A stretch of 64,000 bases of DNA from Kiritimatiellia bacterium (GCA_040768005.1 JAXGNL010000008.1:5053-69052); one strand, 5' to 3'. Numbered from the stretch's first letter, positions 27,711 through 37,362 are shown. Translations and numbers: made by a program. Notes: generated by a model from the sequence alone, not told the origin.

Positions 27711-28333
27711 AAACCATGATCCTCGCCCTCGCCGCCCTCTGCACCGGCCTCTTCGCCGCTTCGGCGCAAGTCCAGCCCCCCGACGACCCCGTCGGCCTGG
27801 CCACCGCCGAATACTTCGCGAAAACCTTCGCCAACCTCAAGGCCGTCGCAGACAAGCAGCCCGACAAGGACACCTTCCGCGCCGCCATGAAACCGCTCGA
27901 GGAAGCCACGGACGGCTTTTTCGGCGGCTCCTTCATCGACACCAATTTCGTCATCCGCGAAGTCTTCTATCCCCGCGATTTCCTCGCCCGCGGGTTTGAT
28001 CTCAAGAAGGTCAGGCAGCTCGACCATTTCTGGGACCTGATGCGAAAGAACCCCTCCCCGCAGCTCAGCGAGCCCGGCCACGGGAATCTCGTCCAGCCGC
28101 GGCTGATCGCCATGCGCTACCCCGTCCTGAAGGACGGGCAGCTGACCGCCGTCGTCAGCTTCTTTGTCCGCACGGAGCATTTTCTCAAGGCTGTCGGTCT
28201 CGACAAAGCCAAAGGCTATCGCATCACCTGTCGCGGCATCCGCGCCGAGCAAGACGGCAAACTGGGGACCTCCCCCAAAATCGTAACGATCTCCCTCCCC
28301 GCCAACGAGTGGGTCATCGAGTACGCGGAATGA
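27707..28333 (+). CDS. Secreted hypothetical protein, possibly Cache/PDC-like
   Basis: Signal peptide MKTMILALAALCTGLFAASA. LSEPGHG...MRYPVLKDGQLTAVVS is reminiscent of PDC sensor folds. ATGA overlap with the upstream gene. Confidence 0.65.
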   Translation: MKTMILALAALCTGLFAASAQVQPPDDPVGLATAEYFAKTFANLKAVADKQPDKDTFRAAMKPLEEATDGFFGGSFIDTNFVIREVFYPRDFLARGFDLKKVRQLDHFWDLMRKNPSPQLSEPGHGNLVQPRLIAMRYPVLKDGQLTAVVSFFVRTEHFLKAVGLDKAKGYRITCRGIRAEQDGKLGTSPKIVTISLPANEWVIEYAE

Positions 28334-29208
28334 ACCTCCTCATCGCCGGCGCCGGCGGCCTTCTCGGCCGCGAGCTGGTCCGCCGGGCCCTCGCCCGCGG
28401 CGACCGCGTCGCTGCCCTGGTGCTGCGCAAAGGCGAGTTGCGCGTCATCGAACATCCCCGGCTGCGCATCATCGAGGCCGACGTCACGAAGCCCGACCAG
28501 CTCGCCGGCGTCTGCAAGGGAATCGAGCAGGTCATCTCCTGCATCGGCATCACCCGTCTCCGCGGCAGGCTGACGCACGAAATCGTCGATTACCAGGGCA
28601 ACGTGAACCTGCTGGACGAGGCCCGGCGCAGCGGCGTCGCGAAGTTCGGCTTCATTTCCCCCGCCGGCACCGGGATGGGCTGCGGCCATGCGCCGCTCGT
28701 GGATGCCAAGTTCCGTTTCGAGCAGATTCTGCAGGCCTGCGGCACCCCCTGGGTGATCTTCCGCTCCGGCGGATTCTTTCCCGACATCGCCGGGATGCTG
28801 AAGTCCGCCGCCAAGGGCCCCCTCTATGCCATCGGCGACGGCGGTTCCCTCAGCACGCCCGTCCATGTGCCGGATCTGGCCGCCATCATGCTGGAGGAAA
28901 TGACCACCTCATCCAATGCCGTGATCGGCGTCGGCGGCCCCGAAGACCTCTCCTGGCGCGAAATCTGCGAGGCCTGTTTCGCGGCGCTGGGCAAGCCCCC
29001 GCGCATTTCCCATGCCCCCGTCTGGCTCTGCCGGCTGGCGCTTGCCCTGATCCGCCCCTTCAGCTACCGCCACTGGGCCATGGGCAGACTGCTGGTCTTC
29101 CTGTCCACCCGCGACGTCTGCACCCCCCGGCGCGGCACCGTCCGGCTGCGCGACTATCTGGCCAGGGGCACCCCCCCTCCGGCGGTCCCCGACGCCCCCA
29201 TGGCCTGA
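28330..29208 (+). CDS. NAD(P)-binding atypical SDR (NmrA/NDUFA9-like)
   Basis: LIAGAGGLLG, VDYQGNVNLL, FRSGGFF and GVGGPEDLS. Confidence 0.85.
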   Translation: MNLLIAGAGGLLGRELVRRALARGDRVAALVLRKGELRVIEHPRLRIIEADVTKPDQLAGVCKGIEQVISCIGITRLRGRLTHEIVDYQGNVNLLDEARRSGVAKFGFISPAGTGMGCGHAPLVDAKFRFEQILQACGTPWVIFRSGGFFPDIAGMLKSAAKGPLYAIGDGGSLSTPVHVPDLAAIMLEEMTTSSNAVIGVGGPEDLSWREICEACFAALGKPPRISHAPVWLCRLALALIRPFSYRHWAMGRLLVFLSTRDVCTPRRGTVRLRDYLARGTPPPAVPDAPMA

Positions 29209-29210
29209 CC

Positions 29211-29282
29211 GCCCCGGAGAACTCCGGGGCGCTTTTCCCCGCATTTTCCATGCCGTGGAAATCCGTTTTCCACGGCATGGAA
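29211..29282. repeat. Composite palindromes between convergent genes
   Basis: GCCCCGGAGAACTCCGGGGC (29211-29230), followed by two TTTTCCAY-N3-RTGGAA units (29244-29261 and 29266-29282). Confidence 0.7.
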
Positions 29283-29291
29283 GTCAACCGC

Positions 29292-29798
29292 TTACTTGCG
29301 GCCGTGGACTTTCAGCAAGTCCTCCAGGTCCTCCATCTCGGCCTGGAGATCCTCTTCGTGCTCGACCTCGTCCTGCAGGATCTGCAGCACGATGTTGTAC
29401 GTCACGGGATCCTTGCCTTCGGTCAGCTTGAGCAGTTTCTTGTAGGTCATGATGGCGCACTGCTCTCCCTTGATGTTCTGCTTCAGCACGGCTTTGACAT
29501 ACGGATCGCTGGGCGCGTCATAGCCGCAGTTGGTCAGCTTGTACCACTCCCGGGGTTCCGTCACCGGTGTTCCCCCGAGCTGGATGATGCGGTTCGCCAG
29601 CATGTCGGCATGCCGCAGTTCATCCGTGGCATGCTGGATCAGTTCGGCGATCACCGCTTCCTTCATGGGACCCTTCACCACCTTGGCGCCGATCCAATAC
29701 TGGTAGTAGGCCAGCCACTCGTCGGAAAACGCCTTGTTCAGGATCCCGATGAGTTTCCCCACATCCATGTCCACAATCGCAATACCCTTGGTGCCCAT
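29292..29798 (-). CDS. Ferritin-like DPSL/bacterioferritin-family protein
   Basis: LNKAFSDEWLAYYQYW, DELRHAD, NIKGEQCAI and DEVEHEE diiron ligands. AGGAGAA RBS before MGTKG. Confidence 0.85.
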   Translation of the reverse strand: MGTKGIAIVDMDVGKLIGILNKAFSDEWLAYYQYWIGAKVVKGPMKEAVIAELIQHATDELRHADMLANRIIQLGGTPVTEPREWYKLTNCGYDAPSDPYVKAVLKQNIKGEQCAIMTYKKLLKLTEGKDPVTYNIVLQILQDEVEHEEDLQAEMEDLEDLLKVHGRK

Positions 29799-30035
29799 AC
29801 CGTTCTCCTTGTTTTCCTGATGTTCCCGCCCTGCATGCCCGCAGAGCCTGTTGCTGTCTTGCATCCTATCCCCGCCTCCGTCGGCTTTCCAGCAGATTCC
29901 GCAGGACCGGATGCTTCCAGCCGCCGATCAGGTCATGGAAACCGGGAGGCCATGCCCGCTTGCCTCCGGCCGGAGGGACGGTTATCCTGATGGGGTCGGA
30001 GGCGGCCCCGTTCCCCGCCGGCACAGGAGAAGGCC

Positions 30036-30608
30036 ATGCCCATCACGGTGGATCACGGAGATGAAATCCCGCTGCGCTGTCACCGGATCGAAGTTCGCAT
30101 CCGCAAGCTGAGCCAGTTGTTTGACTCGCTGGACCCCTCCCCCTTTCTCGCCAAGGACCTCGACCCCGATGCGGAGCAGTACATCGTGGAGAGCGCGAAG
30201 GAAGTGGCGGCCCGCCTGCCCCTGGCCCTGGCCATCCATCTCAGCGAACCGCCCGCATCGCCCGGCGAAGGCCGGGATGCCGGCGAGGCCATCCGGGAGC
30301 ATTTCGCGCGCCAGTCGGGCTATGCCGACCTCCGCCTGCGCCGCCTGATCCGCCGCGGCTGGATCAGCCTGGCCATCGGCATCGCCTTCCTCAGCGCCGT
30401 CCTGTCTGCCGCCGCCTTCCTGGCGCCCTGGACGGAATCCTCGACCGCCGCCGGCATCGCCCGCGAAGGCCTGTTCATCTGCGGCTGGGTCGCCATGTGG
30501 CGCCCCCTCGAAATCTTTCTGTTCGACTGGTGGCCCATCCTGGGCGAGCGTCGCCTCTACGACCGCCTGCGGCTCATGCCCGTGCGCCTGCTGCATCCCG
30601 GGCCCTGA
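30036..30608 (+). CDS. Conserved hypothetical membrane protein
   Basis: QLFDSLDPSPF...DLDPDAEQYIV, two TM helices and GWVAMWRPLEIFLFDWWP; AGGAG RBS. Confidence 0.7.
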   Translation: MPITVDHGDEIPLRCHRIEVRIRKLSQLFDSLDPSPFLAKDLDPDAEQYIVESAKEVAARLPLALAIHLSEPPASPGEGRDAGEAIREHFARQSGYADLRLRRLIRRGWISLAIGIAFLSAVLSAAAFLAPWTESSTAAGIAREGLFICGWVAMWRPLEIFLFDWWPILGERRLYDRLRLMPVRLLHPGP

Positions 30609-30682
30609 CCGCCCACGGCGCAGTTCCCCGGCTCACCGGCCTCTTTTCTTTTCGCTTCGGCTGTGATACGGAACACCCACCC

Positions 30683-32035
30683 ATGAGACCCATCAACCGA
30701 TTCCCCTTCCTCCATCGCTGGTTTGGAATACCGCAGGCGGGCAGCACGCTGACCCATGAAGTCGTCGGCGGACTGACCACCTTCCTGACCATGTCCTATG
30801 TGATCTTTGTAATACCGGGAATGCTGTCGGATCCGGCCATCGGCATGCCCAAGGGCGCCCTGATCACCGCCACCATCCTGGCCAGCATCTTCGGCACGCT
30901 GGTCGTCGGCTTGTACGGCAAGGTGCCCTTCGCCATGGCGCCGGGCATCGGCCTCGGCGCCTATTTCGCCTATTCGCTGTGCATCGCCAGCCAGGTCCCC
31001 TGGACGGTGGCGCTGGGGGCCGTGTTCACCTCGGGCGTGCTGTTTCTGATCCTGGGACTGATCGGCATCCGGCGCACCATCGCCGCCGGCATCCCTGAAT
31101 CGCTGCAGGTGGCCACCGCGGGCGGCATCGGCCTGTTCATTCTGTTCATCGGCCTGAAAAACATGGGCGCGATTGTCGCGCACCCGGGCACGCTGGTGAC
31201 CATCGGCGCGTGGAGCACGCCGCTGGGACTCGGACTGGCCGGCACCCTCCTCTGCGGCATGCTGGAAACCCGCGGCGTACGGGGCGGCCTCCTGATCGGC
31301 ATCCTGGCCGTTACCTTCCTGGGCATCCTGCTTCAGGAAGTGGCGCCGCCGGCCCGCCTGATGGCCCTGCCGCCGGGCATCGGAGAAATCGCCGGCAGGC
31401 TGGACATCCGGGGGTCGTGGACCCCCGCCCTGATCGGACCGATCTTCGCCCTGATGTTCGTGGATCTGTTTGATTCGCTCAGCACCATGATCGCCTGCGG
31501 CAAGGACAGCGGCATCCTCGCCGGCGATCCGGCCATGACCAGGCTGGAACGCGCGCTGAAGGTGGATGCCAGCGCCACGGTGGCGGGCGCGCTTCTGGGC
31601 GTGCCGACCGTGACGACCTACGTGGAATGCGCCACCGGCATTTCCGCGGGCGCGCGCACCGGGCTGGCGTCGCTCGTCACGGCCGCCTGCTTCGCGCTGA
31701 CCCTCCTGCTTTCCCCGGTCATCCAGGCCGTGCCCGCCTTCGCCACCGCACCGGCCCTGGTCATGGCCGGCGTCTTTATGTTCAAAAATGTCCGCCATCT
31801 GGAATTTTCCCGGATGGATGAGCTGATTCCGGCGGTGCTGACGCTGATCCTCATGCCGCTGACGTTCAACATCAGCGTCGGCATCGCCGCCGGCTTCATC
31901 AGCTGGACCGCCCTGAAGATTCTCACCGGACGCATCCGGGAAATCCGGGCCAGCATGTGGGTCTGCACGGTGCTGGCGTTGTCCGCCCTGGCCGAAATGA
32001 TGCTGCCGGCGGGCCTGCCGTTTCTGCCGCACTGA
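30683..32035 (+). CDS. NCS2/AzgA-family purine permease
   Basis: GGLTTFLTMSY, MAPGIGLGAYF, FVDLFDS, TTYVECATGISAGARTG and MPLTFNISVG. Confidence 0.9.
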   Translation: MRPINRFPFLHRWFGIPQAGSTLTHEVVGGLTTFLTMSYVIFVIPGMLSDPAIGMPKGALITATILASIFGTLVVGLYGKVPFAMAPGIGLGAYFAYSLCIASQVPWTVALGAVFTSGVLFLILGLIGIRRTIAAGIPESLQVATAGGIGLFILFIGLKNMGAIVAHPGTLVTIGAWSTPLGLGLAGTLLCGMLETRGVRGGLLIGILAVTFLGILLQEVAPPARLMALPPGIGEIAGRLDIRGSWTPALIGPIFALMFVDLFDSLSTMIACGKDSGILAGDPAMTRLERALKVDASATVAGALLGVPTVTTYVECATGISAGARTGLASLVTAACFALTLLLSPVIQAVPAFATAPALVMAGVFMFKNVRHLEFSRMDELIPAVLTLILMPLTFNISVGIAAGFISWTALKILTGRIREIRASMWVCTVLALSALAEMMLPAGLPFLPH

Positions 32036-32081
32036 CGCCGATCCCCAAAGGAGGGGGGGGCCGTGATGTGCGGCATTGGCC

Positions 32082-32650
32082 TTACCCGTTGCGCTCGTCG
32101 CGTCCTTCGCGCACCCAGAACAGGAGCCGGGTGGAGCCGTAGCGCTTGTCGCGGGCAAGGCGCCACCCCGGCAGCTCCGGCAGGGCATCCTTGCCCTCGG
32201 TCTCGTATACCCAGACGCCCCCGGGCTTGATCCAGCCGCCCTTCGCCAGCAGAATCGCCAGCTTCTCCAGCCAGCCTTCTTCCCGGGCCTGCTCGATAGG
32301 GCGGATCGGCCAGCACCAGATCAACCCCTTCCCCGGGCAGGGATGCGCCAGGCGCTGGAACACATCGGCGGCTGTCACCCGGCCCGCTTCGAGGTACGCC
32401 GCAAGCCGCCACGTTGGCACGCAGATCGCGGAGCACGGCGCCTGGAGGACTCCACCCACTCGACCTGCGCCGCGCCGCGGCTCCAGGCCTCCAGCCCCAT
32501 CGCCCCCGTGCCCGCAAACAAATCCAGCACCGGGCCTCGGAAAATGCGCCGCAGCGAAGAACACAGGGCCGCGCGCACCCGGTCCTGGGTGGGACGCAAC
32601 CCGCCAGCCGGCACGCGCAGGCGCCGTTGCCGCGCGACCGCTCTGTTCAC
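32082..32650 (-). pseudogene. rsmD: 16S rRNA m2G966 methyltransferase RsmD, multiply frameshifted
   Basis: RPTQDRVRAAL and LDLFAGTGAMGLEAWSRGA in one frame, VDLVLADPPY in a second, and KRYGSTRL C-terminus in a third. Confidence 0.75.
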
Positions 32651-32655
32651 CCCGG

Positions 32656-33544
32656 TCAGCCCTCACCGACGCTCTCCCGGGCCCATTGGCAAACGGAAAG
32701 CGCCAGTTCCGCCTCAGCACCGTGAAATCCGTGATCGGCGCCGGGGACCAGCCAGTCGTCGAAATCAACAGAACGGGTCTTTCGCCGCAGAATCGCCAGC
32801 ATGTCCGCGGGAGGAATCGCCGCGAACTCCTCGTTTTCGCCGAACACCGCCAGCACCGGACAGCGCAGGCGGCGGAAATGGGTCAGGGACCGCCGTAGCG
32901 GAATACGCCGGCCTCCGTGGCGCGGGGATTGGCCAGGCTGAGAAACCGCGCCGCCGTGAAGCGTTCATAAAGCCCCGTGACGGGCGCATCGGGACGGCCG
33001 GCGGCCACCTGCCGGCGGGCCCAGGCCACCTTCGCGTCGAACCGCCGGCCCAGATCGCGCCGGGTTACCGCGTAATCGTCGGCCGGCGCCAGCAGCACCA
33101 GCCCGGCCACCGCGGGATGCCGGCGCCGGGCCTGCCAGTACGCGATTTTCTGGCAGCCGGTGCTGTGACCCGCCAGCACCAGACGGCCGATGACCCCGGC
33201 GGCGCGCAACGCTCGGCCGCCGCATCCAGGTCATGCAGACAGGCGCCGAAACGTTCGGTTTCCGTCCCGCGTTCCGCCCCGCGGTTGTTGAACGACAGAA
33301 TGCCCATCCCAAGCGCCGGCGCCACCTCGATAAACGCCTTTTTCAGGGCCGAGCGGTAGAAATTGCTGCCCATGCCGTGCACGAAAACCAGCAGCGGCGC
33401 GCCCGTGCCCGGTCCGGACCGATAAAAGCCGTCCAGCATCCGCATGCGCTGTCCGCCGACGGCCGGAAACGCCACCAGGCAACCCTCGGCTTCCCAGTCC
33501 AGCGGAGGACGTTCCGTGTCGGTCAGGGGGCGTTTCCTGTTCAT
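32656..33544 (-). pseudogene. Alpha/beta hydrolase (DUF1749-like), frameshifted
   Basis: VHGMGSNFY, GHSTGCQK nucleophile elbow, LAVFGENEE and PGADHGF lie in three different frames. Confidence 0.7.
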
Positions 33545-33593
33545 GGCTCGGGGGTGGCTTGCATGTCCGGGGTTGTTTATATAGGATGAAGAC

Positions 33594-33821
33594 GTGATGA
33601 ACACCATGAAAAACATCTTGAGAACCGTCCTGGCCGGTTTCGCCTGCCTGGCGCTGGCCGCTTGCCGCCCCCCCGCCCCCGAACCCGCCCCAGCCCCGCC
33701 CGCCGAGCGAATGGCGGGGGATGAGCCGGCTCCGGTCCCCAAGCAACCGGACGAACAGGCCATGATTGACGCGTTTGAAGCCGAGCAGTTCGAGCAGGAA
33801 CCGCCCTCCATTGAGTGGTAA
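33594..33821 (+). CDS. Small Pro-rich lipoprotein
   Basis: LALAAC lipobox followed by a Pro/acidic tail. Start could be 33606. Confidence 0.55.
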   Translation: MMNTMKNILRTVLAGFACLALAACRPPAPEPAPAPPAERMAGDEPAPVPKQPDEQAMIDAFEAEQFEQEPPSIEW

Positions 33822-33828
33822 CCGCGGC

Positions 33829-34692
33829 ATGACGCGTCGAGCCGTCGGAGGACTGGCCGTGCTCCTTGGCCTGGCGCTGGCCGGCAAAGCGGCTCCGAAC
33901 GTGAACATGGAGGACGTGCCCGCCGATACGGTGGAGCGCGCCGGCCTGCTGCCGGCGGATGTCGCCATGCTGGAGAACCCGTCGTTCCGCTGGCAGCACC
34001 TGCAAACCGCGCATTTCCTTGTCCACCACGACCGCAAGACATTCGCCATGCGCGTGGCCCGGATGGGCGAAGCCTTCTACGACGCCATCAGCGGCGATCT
34101 GCCGGACCTGCACGACCGTATGGGCGCCCAGCGATCGCATATCTTCATTTTCCGCAATGCCCGCGACTGGCAGGCCGTTGTCGCCGCCACCCCCGGCATG
34201 GAGCCCTGGGCCGCCTCGTTCGTCCGCGGACAGGCGATGTATCTCCAGGAAGTCGGTTCGGGCCAGTCCGATAAAATGGGCATGCTGGCGCACGAAATGA
34301 CGCATCTGGTGTTTAATCGCTTCCTGTCGGTTCGCCTCCCGTTGTGGCTCAACGAGGGTCTCGCGGAGTATTACGGCGAATTTGCCTTCCGCCGGGCGCG
34401 CGGACTGACCCATCGGGAACGCAATGTCTTCAAGGCCCTGCGCGACCGGATGCCGATGGCGCAACTGCTGACCGCCACCGGCTATCCCGTCGAACCGGAC
34501 GAGGTGACCCGCTTCTACGCCACCTCCAAGCAGCTGGTCGGCTATCTGCTGTGGAAGCTCCCGCGGGAAAAATGGAATGCCTTTTTCGCCCGGGTCCTGG
34601 CGGGCGACACCGCCGAATCCGCCCTGCTGGAGACGTACGGCTGGGCCGATGTCGACGCGCTGGAAAAGGATTTCGCCCAGTTCAACCGCTAG
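33829..34692 (+). CDS. Secreted zincin/peptidase MA-like protein
   Basis: Signal peptide, LAHEMTHL (HExxH) and PLWLNEGLAEY. Confidence 0.78.
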   Translation: MTRRAVGGLAVLLGLALAGKAAPNVNMEDVPADTVERAGLLPADVAMLENPSFRWQHLQTAHFLVHHDRKTFAMRVARMGEAFYDAISGDLPDLHDRMGAQRSHIFIFRNARDWQAVVAATPGMEPWAASFVRGQAMYLQEVGSGQSDKMGMLAHEMTHLVFNRFLSVRLPLWLNEGLAEYYGEFAFRRARGLTHRERNVFKALRDRMPMAQLLTATGYPVEPDEVTRFYATSKQLVGYLLWKLPREKWNAFFARVLAGDTAESALLETYGWADVDALEKDFAQFNR

Positions 34693-34764
34693 CCGGAACA
34701 CCCGCCCGGCTCCACCGGCCAGACCCATCCGAACTCCGCCGGCACGACGGCTCCCTCCCCCTGT

Positions 34765-34874
34765 ACGGTGTTTATAAACTCCGATAGGTTAGGAGCGATA
34801 TTCGGCCTGCGAATTCCAATATCCTCATTGTTTACAGGGGAATTCAGCCATGAACGGTGTTTATAAACTCCGAT
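34765..34874. repeat. 21-bp direct repeat pair with palindromic core
   Basis: ACGGTGTTTATAAACTCCGAT at 34765-34785 and 34854-34874. The core GTTTATAAAC is palindromic. Confidence 0.85.
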
Positions 34875-35021
34875 CGGCATCATTTGAATCCCTTGGCAAA
34901 CCGGGCGTTTTCCTGGGCCGGCCTCATGCACCCCGTGTCTGCCTGTCCCGCTGTGCCCTCTGCGGCAACCACGGTTGTTCGGATTTGTTCGGATTTGGGC
35001 GTGGGCATGGCGTTCGCGCGG

Positions 35022-35050
35022 TTGACGCCCCCCCTCTTTTCCGGCACAAT
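35022..35050 (+). promoter_or_regulatory. Candidate sigma70 promoter for the transketolase-like gene
   Basis: TTGACG-17 nt-CACAAT, 11 nt before the ATG. There is no SD sequence, so the transcript may be near-leaderless. Confidence 0.55.
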
Positions 35051-35061
35051 CCCCCCCCACT

Positions 35062-37320
35062 ATGAAAACTACATTCTCTCCTCTCGAGCTCCAGCAGCAG
35101 CGCAATCAGGCGCTTCTGGCTGACTCGCTCTACATGCGCCGCAACGTCGTTTCTTCCGTCCCCCCCCTGCATCTGGACCTGGAACAGATGTCCCGGCTGT
35201 CCGACGAGGATATCGCCCTCTTCGAAGCCCTCCAGATCGAGTCCGCGCGCCTGGCGATCGAATCCGTGGCCTCGCTGGCCAAAATCAACGAGGTGGATCA
35301 CATGGGCGGCGGCCTGGACCTGATCCCGCCCCTGCTGCTGTCGCTGGCGCTGGCGGACCATGGGGCCATCGATTTCACGATTGAAAACGCCCACACCTCG
35401 ATCGGCTACTTCTCGGCCCTGGCCACGCTGGGCTATCTCGACCGTCAGCATGTCGTGGATTCGTTCCGGCGCGGGCTGGACATTCCCGGCCACGTGGCCT
35501 GGGTCCCGGGCGGCACCCAGCTCAACGGCGGACGCCTGGGCGTCATGATCCCGGCCGCCGTCGGCCAGGCCCTCGGCAAGCGCGCCGCCTTCGGTTCCGA
35601 TGCCTGGGTGCTCTGTCATACCGGCGATGCCGGGTGGATCGCCGGTCACGCCCTGAACGGCTTTCATGCCGCCCGGATCCTCAAAGCGCCGGTAACGTTC
35701 ATCATGCACCGCAACGGGATCCAGCTGTCGGGCACGACAAACCAGATGACCGGCGCCGATCCGCGCCCGATCATCGAGGCCCTCGGCATCCAGATCCTGG
35801 AAACGCCTTCGCTGTATGATGCCGGCGGATTGTGGCAAACCCTGCGCGAGGCCCGCACCCTGGCCCGCAACGGCGTGCCGTCGCTGATCTTCCCCACGGG
35901 CAAGAACGACGTGCCGCTTGCGCAGGTCGGCGAGCGCCTGGGCATCGGCGAAGAATTGGCCGCGTTTGCCGCCGCCCACGGCGTGGCCCTCGATACGACG
36001 GTCTGGCTGCCCGGCTGCCTGATGAGCTATCGCGACCTGCCGTCCATGCTGGAATGCCTGTTCTTCGTCAACGGGCTGCCCGGCGGCAAGGCGCATCACG
36101 ACGGCCACATGAAAGGCCGCGATCTCAACGCCATCCTGGCCAATCCCATGCTGCAACTGTCGTCCAAGCAGTCGGTCGCGCTGGAACGCTGGCGCTCCCT
36201 GCCCCCGGTTTCGGTCGCCACGTCCGCCCGCCCGGCCCCCGGCACGGAAAACCTCGTGGTGCCGGCGGAAGCCGCGGCCAAGGCCGGGGCCGCCCTGCCC
36301 GCCCCCGGCGGAAAATGGGTCTCGCCGCGCGCCGGCGTCGCCCTCGCCTACGAAATGGTCGCCAAAGCCCATCCGGACGCCATGTTCGTGATCGACTGCG
36401 ACCTCGCGCCGTCCACCAAGGTGGATCTGGCGCAGAAGGCGCTGGATGCCGACCGGCAGTTCCAGCTCTCCATCGAAGAACAGATCGCCACGATGCTGGC
36501 CAACGGTCTGGCCATGTCCACGCCGGATCCCAAGCTGGTGGTCTTCGCCACGTTTGCCGCTTTCTTCGAGGGCATCGCCCGCGAAGGCATGGAAATGTGG
36601 CGCTATCAGCGCAACCTGACCGGCGCCAACGAAGGCCTGAATGTGACCTTCCACCTGTCCCATGTGGGCTCCTGCACCGGGCGCGACCACTTCTCGGGCT
36701 GGTCCCTGGACTGGATCAACCTCGCCATCGGCTACCTGCCCTATCTGGACCGGTTCTACGCCCCGGCCGACGCCCGCGGCGCCTTCATCGCCATCCGCGA
36801 CCTCGCCGCCCGCACCGGCGCTCACCTGATCGGCATCCCCCGCGACAACCTTCCCATCCTCACCCAGCCCGGCTCGGATACCCCGCTGTGGCAGCCGGAC
36901 AGCCCCTGGACGGATGCCTCGCCGCTGCGCACCCGGCCGGGTGCGCGCAAGGCGCTGCTGGCGTTCGGTGCCACGGCGTTTGTCGCCGCCGAGGCCTCCG
37001 ACAAGCTGAACGACGAGGGGATCGCCGCCGACGCCTGGGTCATCAACGGCCTGCCGCTGGAGAAGGACCGCCTGGCCACTCTCTTCCAACAGTATCCCGA
37101 CGGCATCGTCACCATCGAGGACGGACTGATCGGCGACCCGGCGACCGGCATCCGGGGATTCGCCGGAATCGTCCGCGGCGCCGCCCACGGCCGCCCCCTG
37201 CCGCTGATCCACCTCGGCATCACCGATCCGCGCATCGCCCCGTCCGACGGCCATCTCGAACTGTGGCAGTACTTCGGGATCGATTCCACCGCCGCCATCG
37301 CCGCCGTCAAGGCGCTGTAG
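35062..37320 (+). CDS. Divergent transketolase/DXS-like ThDP-dependent enzyme
   Basis: PGGTQLNGGRLG, HTGDAG...HRNGIQ ThDP-motif variant, IDCDLAPST, SIEEQ, FATFAAF and TIEDG...HLGI C-terminal domain. Confidence 0.75.
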   Translation: MKTTFSPLELQQQRNQALLADSLYMRRNVVSSVPPLHLDLEQMSRLSDEDIALFEALQIESARLAIESVASLAKINEVDHMGGGLDLIPPLLLSLALADHGAIDFTIENAHTSIGYFSALATLGYLDRQHVVDSFRRGLDIPGHVAWVPGGTQLNGGRLGVMIPAAVGQALGKRAAFGSDAWVLCHTGDAGWIAGHALNGFHAARILKAPVTFIMHRNGIQLSGTTNQMTGADPRPIIEALGIQILETPSLYDAGGLWQTLREARTLARNGVPSLIFPTGKNDVPLAQVGERLGIGEELAAFAAAHGVALDTTVWLPGCLMSYRDLPSMLECLFFVNGLPGGKAHHDGHMKGRDLNAILANPMLQLSSKQSVALERWRSLPPVSVATSARPAPGTENLVVPAEAAAKAGAALPAPGGKWVSPRAGVALAYEMVAKAHPDAMFVIDCDLAPSTKVDLAQKALDADRQFQLSIEEQIATMLANGLAMSTPDPKLVVFATFAAFFEGIAREGMEMWRYQRNLTGANEGLNVTFHLSHVGSCTGRDHFSGWSLDWINLAIGYLPYLDRFYAPADARGAFIAIRDLAARTGAHLIGIPRDNLPILTQPGSDTPLWQPDSPWTDASPLRTRPGARKALLAFGATAFVAAEASDKLNDEGIAADAWVINGLPLEKDRLATLFQQYPDGIVTIEDGLIGDPATGIRGFAGIVRGAAHGRPLPLIHLGITDPRIAPSDGHLELWQYFGIDSTAAIAAVKAL

Positions 37321-37329
37321 CGCGGCACC

Positions 37330-37362
37330 GGGCGGGGGCCCCGCTCCCCGCCCGCTTGTTTT
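37330..37362 (+). terminator. Possible intrinsic terminator
   Basis: GGGCGGGG-loop-CCCCGCCC followed by GCTTGTTTT, just after the stop codon. Confidence 0.5.

Noticed and set aside
30609-30682. Purine riboswitch upstream of the NCS2 permease
   Set aside because: The gap is only about 74 nt and lacks the conserved aptamer core.
34851-34863. Third LexA box (TGAACGGTGTTTA)
   Set aside because: The spacer is 3 nt, the right arm is mismatched, and it is part of the 21-bp repeat rather than upstream of a repair gene.
34765-34874. Possible mini-CRISPR
   Set aside because: There are only two 21-bp units with a 68-nt spacer and no cas genes; kept as a plain repeat.
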